NCBI GenBank assembly: GCA_026914245.1
Contig: CP110439.1
Location: forward strand, 620,001-684,000
Direction of reading: 5' to 3'
Source of the DNA: Puccinia triticina
Taxonomy: Eukaryota
DNA: 64,000 nt
The notes under the pieces are model-generated. The model saw only the letters and a program-made list of their open reading frames with translations, had not been told where the DNA came from and did no database searches. Position numbers and translations under genes: made by a program. Of the stretch, positions 50,954-64,000 are shown one piece after another; position 1 is the stretch's first letter, and each line of letters starts with the position of its first letter.

Positions 50954-51760
50954 TCAAAGGTTTGGCCAATTTTTATGGTCCACACGGCCACCGGGGGTGG
51001 ATTTTGGTCGGCGTGGCCTCCTGCCGCTTAGCGGGGTAAATCTTTGTGCGCGTGATCGACTGCCCCTGGCCCTGGGGGTAGATTTTCCGCCGTGTGAGCT
51101 CATGATCATAGCCACGGCCCCGGGCATCTTGGGGCCCGCCAGAACTAACAAGCGTACTGTTCCCTCGTCGAAGGGGATCGTGACCTTTTCGATTTGTTTG
51201 GGATTGAGTTTTCTTTGCCAAATTACCTGACCAGAATCGCAGTGATGTAGGTTGTAGATGACTGCATGAGTGGGGGATTCGTTGACCATGGTGACCCATC
51301 TCGGCTTCTGATCACCAGCAAGCCATCCCTCGCTCTTCACACAATGAACCTCGACATTTCTCTCCGTGTTCGATACCCACGCGCCGTTGATGTTGTTGAT
51401 TCCGAACCAGACATCGAAATCGAAGGTGAAGATTGGCTCCTGGCCAGATTGGAGTTGGGCCCAGCGTGGCGAAGGGTCCGCCGCGACGACATCTCGGAGC
51501 GCGCTCCCGCATGTGTGCACCTGATTCGACGGTTGGCTCGCAATAGCCCGGCTGTTGTGGAAGATGCCAGCCGAGTGATCACTACCCCGCGGGGTCGGAT
51601 AATCGCCGGAGTTCATGGGGCCAGAAATATAGTCCCGCAGTTCGGCAAGCTCATCCCAATTTATTGAGTCCATTCCGGGTCCCTCCATGGCCGGAAGACT
51701 CTTGTTCTTCGACACGAGAAACACCAGCCAGGTTGAAAGAAGGAGGAAGCTGTTTATCAT
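50954..51760 (-). CDS. Secreted protein / candidate effector (268 aa), paralog of 48926-49759
   Basis: MINSFLLLSTWLVFLVSKNKS leader; shared C-terminal domain (THAVIY/THSVIY); conserved upstream AAACTATGTG(C/G)CGGAAAGATA. Confidence 0.75.
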   Translation of the reverse strand: MINSFLLLSTWLVFLVSKNKSLPAMEGPGMDSINWDELAELRDYISGPMNSGDYPTPRGSDHSAGIFHNSRAIASQPSNQVHTCGSALRDVVAADPSPRWAQLQSGQEPIFTFDFDVWFGINNINGAWVSNTERNVEVHCVKSEGWLAGDQKPRWVTMVNESPTHAVIYNLHHCDSGQVIWQRKLNPKQIEKVTIPFDEGTVRLLVLAGPKMPGAVAMIMSSHGGKSTPRARGSRSRAQRFTPLSGRRPRRPKSTPGGRVDHKNWPNL

Positions 51761-52698
51761 CTTCGTGGATCTTAGTCGAGACAGTCTTGGGATTAAAACT
51801 ATGTGCCGGAAAGATAAATGCGTACATCTCATGATTGGCTGGCGACTGGAATGGGATTTGAGGGAAGGCAACTGACAAACTTTGTGAGGTGGATGGCGAG
51901 ACTCCTCCGAGTTTAAGTATGGCGAGTTTTCTGAATTGTGCAAGCCAGATATAAACCAGTATGAGCTGCTACCAGTATTAAATGTGCAATACGGGTATCA
52001 CTCTGGCATACCTTCGCTTGATGTACTCTACCAAGTCAGGATGCTCTCCCTGGGCGCGTCGGTAGCAAAAATGGGAGGTGATTGCTGCCGCTGGCCATCA
52101 GCTGGCTCATGATTTATACAGATGATAGTTTAGCGCACTGGTGCATGGTATGTTGTAGAAACCCGACTGCCCCCATGACAAAAGTATTATCTATCTATGG
52201 ATCGTACTGGCTCCTCCTGAGCCGAGTTGAAAGTTTCATGGGCTGCAGATCGAGGTGTTTGCAAGACGCCCGCAAAAGCTGCAGAACATGCAATGCCGGC
52301 AATACAACCAGCCGAGTTTGAGGGATAAAGACTACCGTGGACCGGGTCTATGTACTGGGCCGAGATCATAAACGCAGGCCAAGGGATTGCTTGTTTCAGC
52401 TGGCGCAGTGAGAATTGGCTTCTGGCATCGCACCCTGTGGATCTGGAAAACGGCGAGCTGGAAGAACAACAAAGCCTGCTACGCGCAAGACTCAGAGCGA
52501 GTAGGAGCAGGACGAGGATGGTTTGGTGGTTTATATGTAAGGGGCTGTTGGGTCTGGGCGCGGCGTGTGAGATGCTGTGGTCGAGCGAAGGCCGGATTCC
52601 TTCGGATTCCCGATATGCATACATGCATACATGCTGAGGTAAGATCGACGGTCTCTTGATCTTCCCTCTTGTCCACCCACAACCACCCACGAACCACC

Positions 52699-54215
52699 AT
52701 GGACACCTTCCACCCCAGAACGAACACCACCACCACCCCAGCAGCAGCACCACCACCCACTGCCACCACAACAACCACAACAACCACAACAACCACAACA
52801 ACAACCACCACAGCCACCCACAACGAAGAACTCCCAGACCCGCTCCAGGAATGGCTCGTCTTCTCGCCCCCTGTCGACGGACAGGAGGACCAGCTCGCCT
52901 CCTCCTTCCAGTCGATCACCCACCCCTCGATCTACCACAGCACCAGCATGCCCTCCCACGACGGCCGCGGCTACTTCTTCACCCCTCCTGACCACTCCCC
53001 CTCCGCCTCCGAGCTCGACTACAACCACCTGCCGATCAGAACCCACTCCCTCAGCTCCTTATCCGAAAACAACTCCCTAGATGGCCACCGCGACGACGAC
53101 CTGCTCTCCATCTCCTCATCCCTCTCCCTCACCCCCTCAGCCTCCAGCAGGTATTTCTCCTCCAGAGACACATTCCGGACTGCTCCATGAAGACTGACTG
53201 GGCCGCTTTTTTCTTTCCGGCTTCCGAGAGCAGCTCGTCCGATCTAAGGCCGCATACCCACCAGCAAGCCGAGATGTCTCCAGAAGAGGCCGAGCTGCTT
53301 CTCACCCCCATGGCCATCTCCGCCGGCCTCTCCCACCACACCAGCAGCAGCCCCATCATCCAGCGCCCAGCAGCAGTCTCCTCGAGATCCTCCCATCGCT
53401 CCCTCGACCCGCGAGCCCCGCCACGGACCACTCGCTCTCGCCGCACCCTCAGCCGCTCCTCGCGCCGCTCCCCCATCACACCCATCGCCCCCTCCGCCCG
53501 AAACCATCCCCCAATCGTCATCATCCCCCCCGCCTCCGCCTCCTCCTCCTCCTCCTCTGATAAGAAAATCAACCAGCTCTCGCCCTCCCGCATCGCCGCC
53601 CTCAGCTTCTTGTCCAACGTCGCATCCAAAATCCTCGACCTGGACTCCGATACCATCTCCCTGCTGTCCAGCCCATACGACCCCCAACCTCCCCAAAACC
53701 AGCCCCACCAACACCTGTTGTAAGCCCGTCTTTTATTTGTCAAGCAACATACATCATTCATCCGTTCTTCTCTTGGGTTGAACAGACAGCCTCGGCCGGA
53801 TTCGTCCAAGACGACCAAGCGCCGGGGCCCGCCGCGGTTTTCGATCGGAGACGACGACCCGAGGCTGCCGACGACGCACGACCAAGACATGGTCAGCCCG
53901 CCGCTAGACCTGTCGGGCTTCATGCCGCCGAGCGCCTGCTCGGTGTGGCGGACGTCGGCTGAGCGGGAAGAAGAAGAAGAAGAAGAAGAGGGGCCGTCGA
54001 GGACGACGCTCAGGATCCCCCACTCGCGCTCCCACGACCACCTCCCCCCCTCCTCGCCCCCATCCCTCATCCGCAGACCTTCCAGCTCGGCTGGCTTCCA
54101 TCAACGCCCCCGCTCCCATCCCTTGCCGTCATCCCCAGACAATGAGAGCTCTTCCACAGACTCAATGGCCACCGTCTTGCTCTCCAAAGTCCTCAACGAA
54201 TGGACTAATTGGTAG
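52699..54215 (+). CDS. Ser/Pro/Thr-rich low-complexity hypothetical protein, 3 exons (introns 53151-53230/53233 and 53720-53785)
   Basis: Three ORF segments joined in frame by GT-AG introns; poly-Thr microsatellite. Confidence 0.65.
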
Positions 54216-55089
54216 CTTCACCCCATGTACACCTCTTGTATTTTTTTTGCTGCATTTTCGATCCTTTCTCTCATCTTGTTTCTTTGGAGCTATCGTTGAG
54301 TTTTAACGACGCCGCCCCATTTTCCTTCACAAGATAGATACATCTACCTTACACACACACACACTGGCATGGAGTTTCCCCATATACACACTTTGGATAT
54401 TGTTTTCTGCATTTTTTTTTCGCTCAGCGTTCATGCTGCCCTGTCTTCTTTCCAGACACTTTTGGGGTTATACTAGTTGGGGCATCGTTAGATACAGATC
54501 GTTTGAACAGTGTGGGGTCTCATAGGCCCACCTAAACACATACATACATACATAACTTGGCAACAGAACAAAACCAAGTATATTACAAATTCCTTTTTTT
54601 TAAAAGCCACACCTTATACGTGTATTTCATTAGTTTTTAGCCTCCCATTGCCTATTCACTTTAGCCTTGTGTAAGGTCTTACTTAGACAGATCCCATAAC
54701 CAATCATTTTCTCAAATGAAGAGAGTTCCAAGAAACGTTGCCCTTGAGCACACAGACATAAAAAAAGAAGAAAAAAGATAGCGGGAGAATGAAGAGATGG
54801 AATTCTGGACTCTATGAAGACAATGAGAAGATCTATGAACAGGCGTAACAATTGGAACAGTTCTATGATTACAACAATGCAATTGCCAATGGGTGGTGGG
54901 AAGGTGTATGTATGTAGACTGGGAGGAGGGGGTGATAGCAATCTAATTATATACAGAAACATATGTATTCGTGTCAGTGAGCGCCAAGAACTGATTTCGA
55001 GATTAAATGCATTGAGTTCCTGCTAGGTCATCGTCTGTTTTTTTTTGTTTTCTGCCCGAGTGGTAAAAAGGGGATCGTTGGGCGTGCGA

Positions 55090-57929
55090 TTACACTAGAG
55101 GCGGAAGCAAATCGCACGTCAGCAAAGTGCACAGGGGGCCAAGCTGAATGGACGGCACGGCGGGAGATAGGCGACATACTTCCCAAGCCCATGAGTTCCA
55201 TGACGAGCTTATCAGCCGCCCGATCCTCGTCTTGCCTGCACATTTCCGCGATGTTCAGCAGCTTCTTGATGCCCACAGCCAGCCGGCCCTCGTCGCGGAA
55301 TCCGGCCTGATCCAGCAGGGTCATGGCTCTCGAGAACGATCCCTGGTCGCCGAACAAGCCCACCTCTTTGATCACCGTCTCCAGGGCCCGCAGCGTATCG
55401 ATCGGCGGGACGCGGATGTCGGCGGCAAATGTGTCCGACATCCCCATGTCTTGGAGCATCGTCCGGCTCGATGAGGTGGCTAGTACCAACAACCTTTTCC
55501 CCTTCGGCGGCCGTTTTCCTAGTAACACCATCAACGCTTGGAGCACTCCATTCGAAAATCTCGGGCCAATCGGAACCCAATCTACCATCGTCTAAATCAG
55601 CACAACCAAGAATCTTCTGATCAGAGGAGCATTCAAATCGAAGGCTTCACCTAAGATTCGCTCGATATTATCAACCACAATCACGCTCATCGGACTCTTG
55701 TAGCTATCCGAAAACACTTTATAAAGATAGTTGATCTTTTGCGCTTCCGAGTATCCGACCATGTTTTCGGGTGCGATCAGTTTGATGAACGGGAAATCAG
55801 ACGCTTGGGCGATCGATGCTGCCAAGGCTGTTTTTCCGGCCCCAGGAGGACCTGTGATTGATTTCCACAATCAGTTGATCAGGATGTGCCGATTCATCAT
55901 CGAGTGCCGAGAAAACAAAACAAAAGCACTTACCATGTATCAGCACACTAACTAGAGGCGTTCGAGTACTCGTCCGAACTTGTTCTACAAACAGCTTGCC
56001 ATCGTGAAGAATTTCCTTTTTTTTTACAATCAAGACATTAGCATATTGTTTTTCAAGTCTGTCGATGAGAATGAAAGAGTGCCACCAAGCTCACATCGAT
56101 AAGAGGAGAGAATTTGATGATTCCGTTTTGAATAACTGATTTGAGTTCCTCTTCGGCCACACCAAACGCCGGTTTGACTTCATCGAGCGCATTCAAAAAG
56201 TCGTCGAGATTGACCTGCATCTGATCCAGATCGTCACCCACGCCAGCGGTGGTCCCGACCTTGATGTGGCGGTTGAATGCAAATGAAGTGGCCGATTTGA
56301 CCAATCCGGAAAGCTCAGCTCCCGAGAAGTTCTTGGTCAATGCGGCCAGTTCGGTCAGGAGCACATCCCCAGACATCACGTTGTTCAGTCTCATCTTGGC
56401 CGTGTGGATGTTCAAGATTTGTAAGCGACCGTTCTCATCTGGTAGGGAGATCTCCATGTGAACTTCTAATCGACCTGGTCGAAGTAACGCCTCGTCGATC
56501 ATGTCCAATCGATTGGTCATTCCGATGATCAGGATGTTGTTCAACTGATCGACTCCGTCCATCTTCGACAACAACTGATTGACAACCGAGTCGCCGACAC
56601 CCGTCCCGCCACCCGTCGAGCCTCTCTGCTTACAGATCGCATCCAGCTCGTCAAAGATGATGATGTGCAGTCCTGATTCATCTCCCTTGGCTTTGTACTC
56701 CACTTCCGCTTCTGCAAACAGTTCTCGGATATTCTTCTCCGATTCTCCGACAAATTTATTCAGGATTTCCGGCCCGTTCACGATCTTCGGTTCCCTGGCA
56801 TTCAGCATCTTCCCGATCTGTCTTGCCATCAACGTCTTTCCAGTACCAGGAGGACCAAACAGCAGCAAACCTAAGGTCGAAGAAGAAATGTCATATTTTT
56901 AGCACTTTGAAATGAGAAGTGTTCTTTTTTTTTGGCTATTTCTCACCTTTGACATGTTGGATTCCCAACTTTTCGACCATTCCGGGTGGGAAGATACGAC
57001 TAGCAAAAGCTCTCCGAAAGATTGCGCCGAATTCGGAATCCAGGCCGCCGATTCCCATGTCTTGAAACTTGAAGTTTGGTTTGATGATGGCGTTTGGGGC
57101 GGCTCGCTTGGAGCTTGCTTTGATCTTGAGAGAGGCCTCTGGTGACTTGGTGACGTTGATGATCGTATTGGCCATCAGGATCCCCATGGTGGCGTCTTGC
57201 GGCTCGTCTGAGACGTCTGCCAAAGCCTGGATGTCCACCGTCCGTGCAGCAGTCACGATCGCCCTGAGCTTTTCCCCGTTCATCTCAAATACCAAGGGCT
57301 GGCCTACGGAGAAGATGAGCGAATCAAACGACTGAAATACCATATTCAAAGGACGTGGATTGTTAGTCTCCATTAAATACAAGGCGGGAGGGAGGAAAAG
57401 ACGATCGAATCACCCTTGTGATCAATTGAGAGAGCTCTTCGGCATCAAATACGGAGCCAGGTGTTGCACTGCCTTGATGCCACCAACCCAGTTCGAGGTC
57501 TAATTCGGCTAAATAGCAATTCGAGCCAAGTTCTCTCTGGGGATCGAATGGAGTGATATTGACGACATCGCCCATCGTCGACAGCTTGGCCCACGCTCGT
57601 TGGGCTTTCATGCAGCCCACTGTTCCCGGTTGTATCGCTTTGTCGGGTCTATTGGGAAGAGATGGTTTTTTTTGGTGCAGACAATTTCTCAGTATTTATA
57701 TAGGATGGATTACGATTTGGACTTACTTTGTTGTGAATATAAAATGATCCTTGACTCGAACATACTGATTTCTTCCCAAGTCTTGAGGACTGACAATCAG
57801 ACAATTCGAGAACGCTAGTTGCATGTTTGGGCATTCTACAATTTGGAACCCAGATCCGCCGTTGGAGCCTTGGTTACTCGGCCTGATGCCGCCGTAGCTT
57901 CTTGTTGATGAGGGTGGTAATCTCGACAT
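55090..57929 (-). CDS. SEC18: Vesicle-fusing AAA+ ATPase Sec18/NSF, multi-exon
   Basis: [58 protein letters not shown], second Walker [17 protein letters not shown]. Confidence 0.96.
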
Positions 57930-58320
57930 CCTGTTTTGTCAGCGTGTTCGTTTTGTTGCTTAAGTTGTGCTGGGTTGGTGTGGTGGTGTTCCCAGTCCAG
58001 CAAATGCCTTGGTAACAAAGAGCCGATGACACCCCCCGGATTGTCGGGTAGCTCCCGGGGATCCCACCTCTCGCCACCCGTACCCCCGAAATACTTCCCG
58101 GTCAACAACCACAGTTCAGGCTCTCCCTAATTGAAAGCTTTTCTCCCGGAACTCATTGTAAGTCCACATTTTCTGATATCCTCATGGGCTTGACAAAAAA
58201 TAAAACTGAAGAGAATATTCTCTTTTCCGTCCTGCTGAGGATCACAGGTTGAACCCAGGATCCCAGGAGTCTGACCAAAAAGTCCGATTGGAAAGTCAAG
58301 TTCGGTACAAAAACCCGACG

Positions 58321-59273
58321 ATGTGGCCCTTCAGCTCAACCGCATCGACGTCAGCAGCCCAAGACTCTTCTAATCAAGCCACCTGTCCCGTCGACCATCG
58401 ATCCAAGCCAGGAGACCAAGGGTGTAATAAAGAATACCAAGCCGTCCCGATCGCCGATTCCAATCGACTACCGACTGATAGAGTGATCTCCTCGATACCA
58501 CGCTACCGCCCTGAACTCAATCAAAATCGACAAGCATCAGAAAGCGATCCTAGTCAGCAAAGTGCATGCCCGGTCGATCATCTTCCGAATCGGACAGCAG
58601 CAACAAGCGGCACGAACTCGGAGCCAGAAGTCGAACAAAACTGGATCTATCCCTCCCCGTCGCAATTCTACAATGCTCTGAAGCGGAAGAACCGGACTCC
58701 GAGGGCGGAGGACATGTACACCGTCGTCCCGATCCATAATGCGGTCAACGAGAGAGTCTGGCGACAAGTCTTGGAATGGGAGGCCGGGTATGGTCGCGGG
58801 GCGTTCGATCGCTGGCCTCGCTCGGGTAAATCCGGGCCCATGTTGTGCAGCTTTCGGGGAAGGCCGGAAGACCTGAGCCCTCGAGCATGGATAAAAGTTT
58901 TGTCGGGGTCAGTCTTATCATCTCTCCCGATCTCCATCCCCTCAGAAACAAAGCCTGATCGATCACATCATGGGCTGCTAGGTACCAAGCTCCATTCGAT
59001 CGACATGATTGGGAAGTCATCAGGCCGACAGAGGAAAGGATGCGATACGTGGTCGATTTTTATCCGGGAAGAGGCGCAGATAGTAACACGACTACCGGGT
59101 CGCCCACCGGAAACGAGCCTGCAGCCCTACCGAATCTTTCGTTCTATCTAGACGTCAGACCAGCGCTGGATAATTGGGAAGGAGTTCGAATGAGACTCTT
59201 GCGCGCTTGGGACGAGATCTCTGGCTTCAAGTCCTCCTCCCCTTCTCCCCCTCAATCTGATCAAAAATCCTGA
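58321..59273 (+). CDS. CYT2: Holocytochrome c-type synthase (cytochrome c1 heme lyase-like), intron 58908-58981
   Basis: Two CPVDH heme-regulatory motifs, WIYPSPSQFYNAL, PIHNAVNE, PFDRHDW, RYVVDFY, LDVRPA. Confidence 0.9.
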
Positions 59274-59861
59274 GTATCACTCTCACTCTTGAAATCTATT
59301 CACCTCAATTCGCATTCCCCCTTCTAGTTTGTCAAATTGAAGAATCCAAACTGCAGCTTGTTTTTTTTCGGTTCAAGATGTCTATGGAAAGATGTTCTCC
59401 CTGGTGTTACCAGGTTATATCTATGTCACTGGGCTGATAGCAACTTGGGTCTTGCCCATGAACAAGTTTTCTCTGTATATCTACATTGAAGCAAAAAATG
59501 AACATGCGCAAGAAGTCGCAAGCCTTGAGAGATATCATCACTAGGCTCTTGAACGGCAAGCTTGATATCGAGAATCTCTATTTCTTGAGAAAATCAAGTT
59601 CGATTGAGAGGAAGTCTTTGGATTAGTCTCGCCGGGGTCGTAGAGAACGAGCTCTTGATAAGTTTGAGGTTTCTTGGCTCGATCGTCAGGCTGCCCCTCG
59701 GGTTTTTTTTCTTCTCTAAGGAAACCGTCTCTATGCTGGCCTCGATCCCAGCTGTTTGCTGGATCGCTCTCTTCATTCGTGGTGTGCAAATAAGCTTTGT
59801 ACAATCCGACTTTCGATCTTCTATCTCTTTAATTTTTTAACTGTATTCGAGTCTTTAAAGG

Positions 59862-60621
59862 ATGGTGGATTTAGCAAGTCAGATCACTCTCATGCTAGGT
59901 CTGTCAATGATGATGATGATGGTGATCAATGGACAAGTAACGTCCGACCAAAGACTTCCCTCAGGCTCAGGCTCTTCTTCTGGATATAGCTATCCATCCT
60001 CAACCAGCACCGGGACCAGCGGCAGCAGTCCGAGCAGCTACCCCAAAGGCAATTCCTCTACTTCGCCTACAGTGGTCTCTTCGGCTCCGAGGACCAACTC
60101 GTCCGCCGTCCCGCGTCCCTCCCCAGATAGGCCTCCGACAACCGATACCAGCAACACTCAGCAGCAGCCCTCTGGTGAAGGCCAACAACCTGGACCTTCC
60201 GGAACTAGCTCTTCTTCTTCTTCTTCTTCTTCGACTGGACGTCCCGAAACTGGCTCTCGTCCCGAAACTGGCTCTCATCCCGAAACTGGCTCTCATTCCG
60301 AAACTGGCTCTCACCCCGAAACCGGCTCTCATTCCGGAACCGGCTCATCTTCTTCTTCGACTGAAGCGCAATCTCACCGTAAGAAGAAGAGGCCAGAGGT
60401 CTTGATGGGACTAGTCTTGGGGGGATGTCAGTATTTTTGAAACCCCTATGGTCAGGGTTAAGGGTGCTAATAGACATTTTGTTTGAATAGGTCTTGGTGC
60501 AACTGGGGTTGTGCTTTGCTGTCTGTCTATTTTTCGTTGCATGCGGACACGGTTGAAAGGTTATTGGGGCAAGGAAGGTGCTCAAGATGATCCGGCTCCA
60601 GTTGGTTCACGTTTTGTTTAG
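59862..60621 (+). CDS. Single-pass membrane protein with Ser/Thr-rich ectodomain and (R/H)PETGS repeats; intron 60427-60490
   Basis: Hydrophobic N-terminus; 18-bp tandem repeats ~60240-60345; spliced TM segment VLMGLVLGGCLGATGVVLCCLSIF followed by basic residues. Confidence 0.65.
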
Positions 60622-61441
60622 CTCGACTTGTGTTTAAAAACCCCCAAAGTTGTTTTTTTCTCCCTTCTGTATACACACTTCAAACAAGGTCAAATTCTCC
60701 AACGGAAACAAAAATCATACTTTGGGCTGACTACTGGAACATAAAATTGGTTTGCCAACCTGAGCCTCCTCAACCGGAAAAAAAGAAGAAGAAGAAACTG
60801 CCCAAAAATGATGGTGGCACAGTTGGGGATGGTTCTGGTTTTGAGCTGTGTTGAGTTGGGTGGGCTTTTCATGGGCCTGTGCACAAGCCCATTGGAGGAA
60901 TTCCTGCCAATCTGGAAACCCAGATTTTCCCAGATTTCACAGGGAAATCTAGGCAGATCTGGGATTTGGGATGATCAAGCCCAGATTTCCCCGCAAAATC
61001 TGGAAAAATCTGAGTTCCTAGATTGATGGGAAGTCTTCCATTAGGCCCATAACAAATCAATCCTTGGCTACTGTGCCATTCAACATATGGATGGGCTACC
61101 TGACATTCCAAAAGCCCATGGGCTGTTTTAATGTGGCACCAAGTGAATTCTCTGGGCAAGAAAAGCCCCTGTGCTCTTTTAATTTTATGGCCCATAGTGG
61201 ACTTGCAGGGCCACCAAGAGCAGCTGGGCTACTTTATGGCCCAGATTCAAATTTCTGGACCACCAAAAGCCCATGGGCCTCTTGTTAGTCATGGCTAACT
61301 TCCTGGGCCATGGAATTTTCATTTGCTGGTCTAGCAAGCTCACCATGAACCATGAAAGAGTCCATGTTGGTAAAGCCCAGAGAGCTCACTGCAGCCTCAG
61401 GCCATCAAAGAGCCCAAGGGGTTTTCTTGGACAAGAGAGCT

Positions 61442-64000
61442 TGTTGTGACATTGTGTTAGATCTTGACTGCGACACCTGTCACAGCTCTTGTAGATAGAC
61501 TATTTAGTTCACTTTTCCCATGTTATGTGAAAAGTATCACTTTCTCCGAGCTCACTCTCCAACAGGTTATGAGCCTATTTTCGCTCAAGAGTAGCTCAAA
61601 TCACCAGTAGCTGAAAACGGACGAGACCACATCAGTAGTCTTCTATCAAGACGAGTTTAGTAGTCGTTCATCGACGAGAAAAGTAGTCCGCCAGCGAGTC
61701 TTTTTTTTCCTTTTTTCCCCTCCGACCAAACCTTTTCCTTCAAAATCATTTCGACCATCAACGACGGACAAACTCCGTAATACCCACTTAAGAGCCTGAG
61801 TATAGCTAGAGTGTGTTGTTCTGAATTCTGTATTGTGCGGCGAGCATCCTGCAGGTGCTTAGGTTGGATTGATCACCCATCACTGCACGAACAGAGTGAG
61901 GTTTAGCTCCACTCAAAGCTTAACGATATCGGCTGAAAAGCTGGTCGAAGTTTGTTCAGTTCATCAAAGTTCGATCGAATCCTCTCCCATATTTGGTTTA
62001 TCATTATCTATATTCCCTTTCCCGTATTTCACTTTTTCCCCCCGTGTTTTTTTTTTCTTTCCCCTTTCCGTTCCACAATCAACCTTCCATCCTCTCCACC
62101 ATGTCCGACGACAAATCCGCGCCAACCCAAAACCCCAGATCAGTAAACAGACTTGGTCCAATACCAGGTTTGCGTACAATCGACCGAATGACACCCAAAA
62201 ATCCGACTCTGAAAACAGTTCTTGGGCCACAACTTCCTTCCAACAATTTTTTCCGACGACGTTTGGGCCGCGTACCATCAACGACCAGCAAAGGAGAAGG
62301 ACCGTCCAACGAAGCTGGTATCGATAAAGGAAAAGGCCGAGCGTTCTCTGAAGAGCTTCTCAAAGAGACAACATTTCAGGCTAGAATCAAAGACCGAGTC
62401 ATTGGATCCTCCGCCGCGAACTGGAGACGAACTGAAAACCCCCCAGCCCCTTCATCAATGCAAGCTCCGGTGCCTGAAGTTCGACCGCCGGCAATGCAAT
62501 CCGACCTCCTAGCCAGCCTCATCGCCGAAATGCGCCTTCAACGCAAGGAGGATCGCGCAAGACACAAGGACCTTATGAATCGGTGTGATGCGGAGAATGT
62601 CAGGTCCAATCAACGGGCTCTTCTAGACGAGGATGCCAAGATATCGGCCATTGTTAACGCGGCACTTAAAAAGCTTAAACCAGAACAGATTCTGAATGTT
62701 GACGGATCGAATATCCAGTCGTGGGACAAAGCTCTCGGTGTCATAGCTTTCGAACGCTTTCAGGACGAATTCTTCTACACCCCAGAAGAGGACGCAATTG
62801 TCGATCCGTACCAAGAGAAGATAGCGCGAGGGATCATCCACTCGTCAGTTCACCCCGACCTCATGTATGATCTCATTCGACTTGAAAACTCCGCCGAAGT
62901 TTACAACCACCTACTGGTCAAATTCCGCGTCGTGAATCGAGCCAAGCAACTGCAAGCTTGGGAAACGTTGAAAAACCTCAACCCATCTGACTACGGCAGC
63001 TCAGCCGAAGTGATATCAGCTTTCGACAGATGCGCGAAAACTTTCATTGAACAAGGCATTGAGTTCACCTGGGATAACGTCACTGCGCTGATTTTCCAGT
63101 CGAACCTCAAGGATCATCTTCGACCCGCACTTGACAGAAAGGTTGATCTCTTCATGGAGACCCGAGATTTCCAACTACCTGCCTCCTCCGACGTACTGCA
63201 ACTGTGGGATTCGGGTCGTATTGAACACAGGCTAGCAGAAGAAACCGGAAGATCGGATACCTCGGCAATGAACATAAAGCTAGCTAGTCGATCGGACAAT
63301 GTCACCCTAGCTAGCCGTAGCAATACTAGTGTTTCAGGAACGAGCTCAGCGGCTGAAGAGGGTCAGCAAGTCAGCGCTCTGGCGCTGAACAAGCCACCTA
63401 TCTGCTACATATGCAAGCAGACCGGACACTACGCAACCAACTGTCCGACTAGCCGAAAAAACAACCCAAGCCACCAACCAGTGCCCAGTCGGCCCAATCC
63501 CAACTCCCAACCTCAATTCCCTCCATGCTTGGTTACCTACAACTTTGACCGAGTACCATACATCAAACCGATCCAAACAGAATCAAGGGATCCAGCGTCA
63601 ACAAAGTCGGCTTCGTCTCCTTTTGTCAAACCAAAAACCACACCCACCATGGCCAAGACAGTTGAGACACGGCAAATCAACCCGGACTTGTTCGCCGATG
63701 ATGAAGCGGAGAATGTTGAATATGTTATCAAAGGTGAAGATCTTTCTGCAGAACCAAGTGGTCAACGCTTCAACCTCCGAGAAATGATCATTCAACGTGA
63801 CGGCCAAGAAGTCATCTGGGACTCTGGCGCATCTGACAACGTCACCGGAGATAGGTACGCATTGCACGACTTCGTAACTCTAGAACATCCTATTGCTGTC
63901 AAAGTAGCAACTGACTCCAACTGTGACTACATTACAGGCATGGGTACCTTGAAGTTTGTCGGGATGAACAAGGCGATCATCGTAGTTAAAAAGGTCTTCT
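61442..64000 (+). mobile_element. 5' part of a Copia retrotransposon (LTR 61442-61564; gag-pol ORF from 62101 open to the window end)
   Basis: TGTTG...CAACA, PBS GGTTATGAGCC, knuckle CYICKQTGHYATNC, protease VIWDSGAS. Confidence 0.88.

Noticed and set aside
52187..54119. Long minus-strand ORFs over the Ser/Pro-rich gene
   Set aside because: Shadow ORFs of GC-rich low-complexity coding sequence; splice signals support the plus strand
60630..61440. Possible MITE with GCCCA/TGGGC motifs
   Set aside because: No TIR pair or TSD could be defined

Overview
Eukaryotic, intron-containing DNA of a rust fungus (Pucciniales, probably Puccinia; inferred from gene and transposon families). Gene-containing flanks surround a ~43 kb nest of transposable elements (~5.9-48.7 kb). 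Left flank: RPL6 and a large secreted repeat protein. Right flank: two paralogous candidate effectors, a Ser/Pro-rich gene, SEC18/NSF head-to-head with cytochrome c1 heme lyase, a mucin-like membrane protein, and the start of another Copia. The nest holds two full-length Copia elements, a complete 6.2 kb helicase-encoding AcademH-type DNA transposon with 9-bp TSD, a CCT6 pseudogene ending in a ~600 bp hairpin, two pol-less Gypsy-derived LTR elements (one carrying a ~50-nt copy of mature tRNA-Tyr at its PBS), solo LTRs and several MITEs. Many ORFs carry premature TGA stops that fit CGA>TGA changes, mostly in TpCpG context. All calls come from reading the sequence by eye; no database searches were run.
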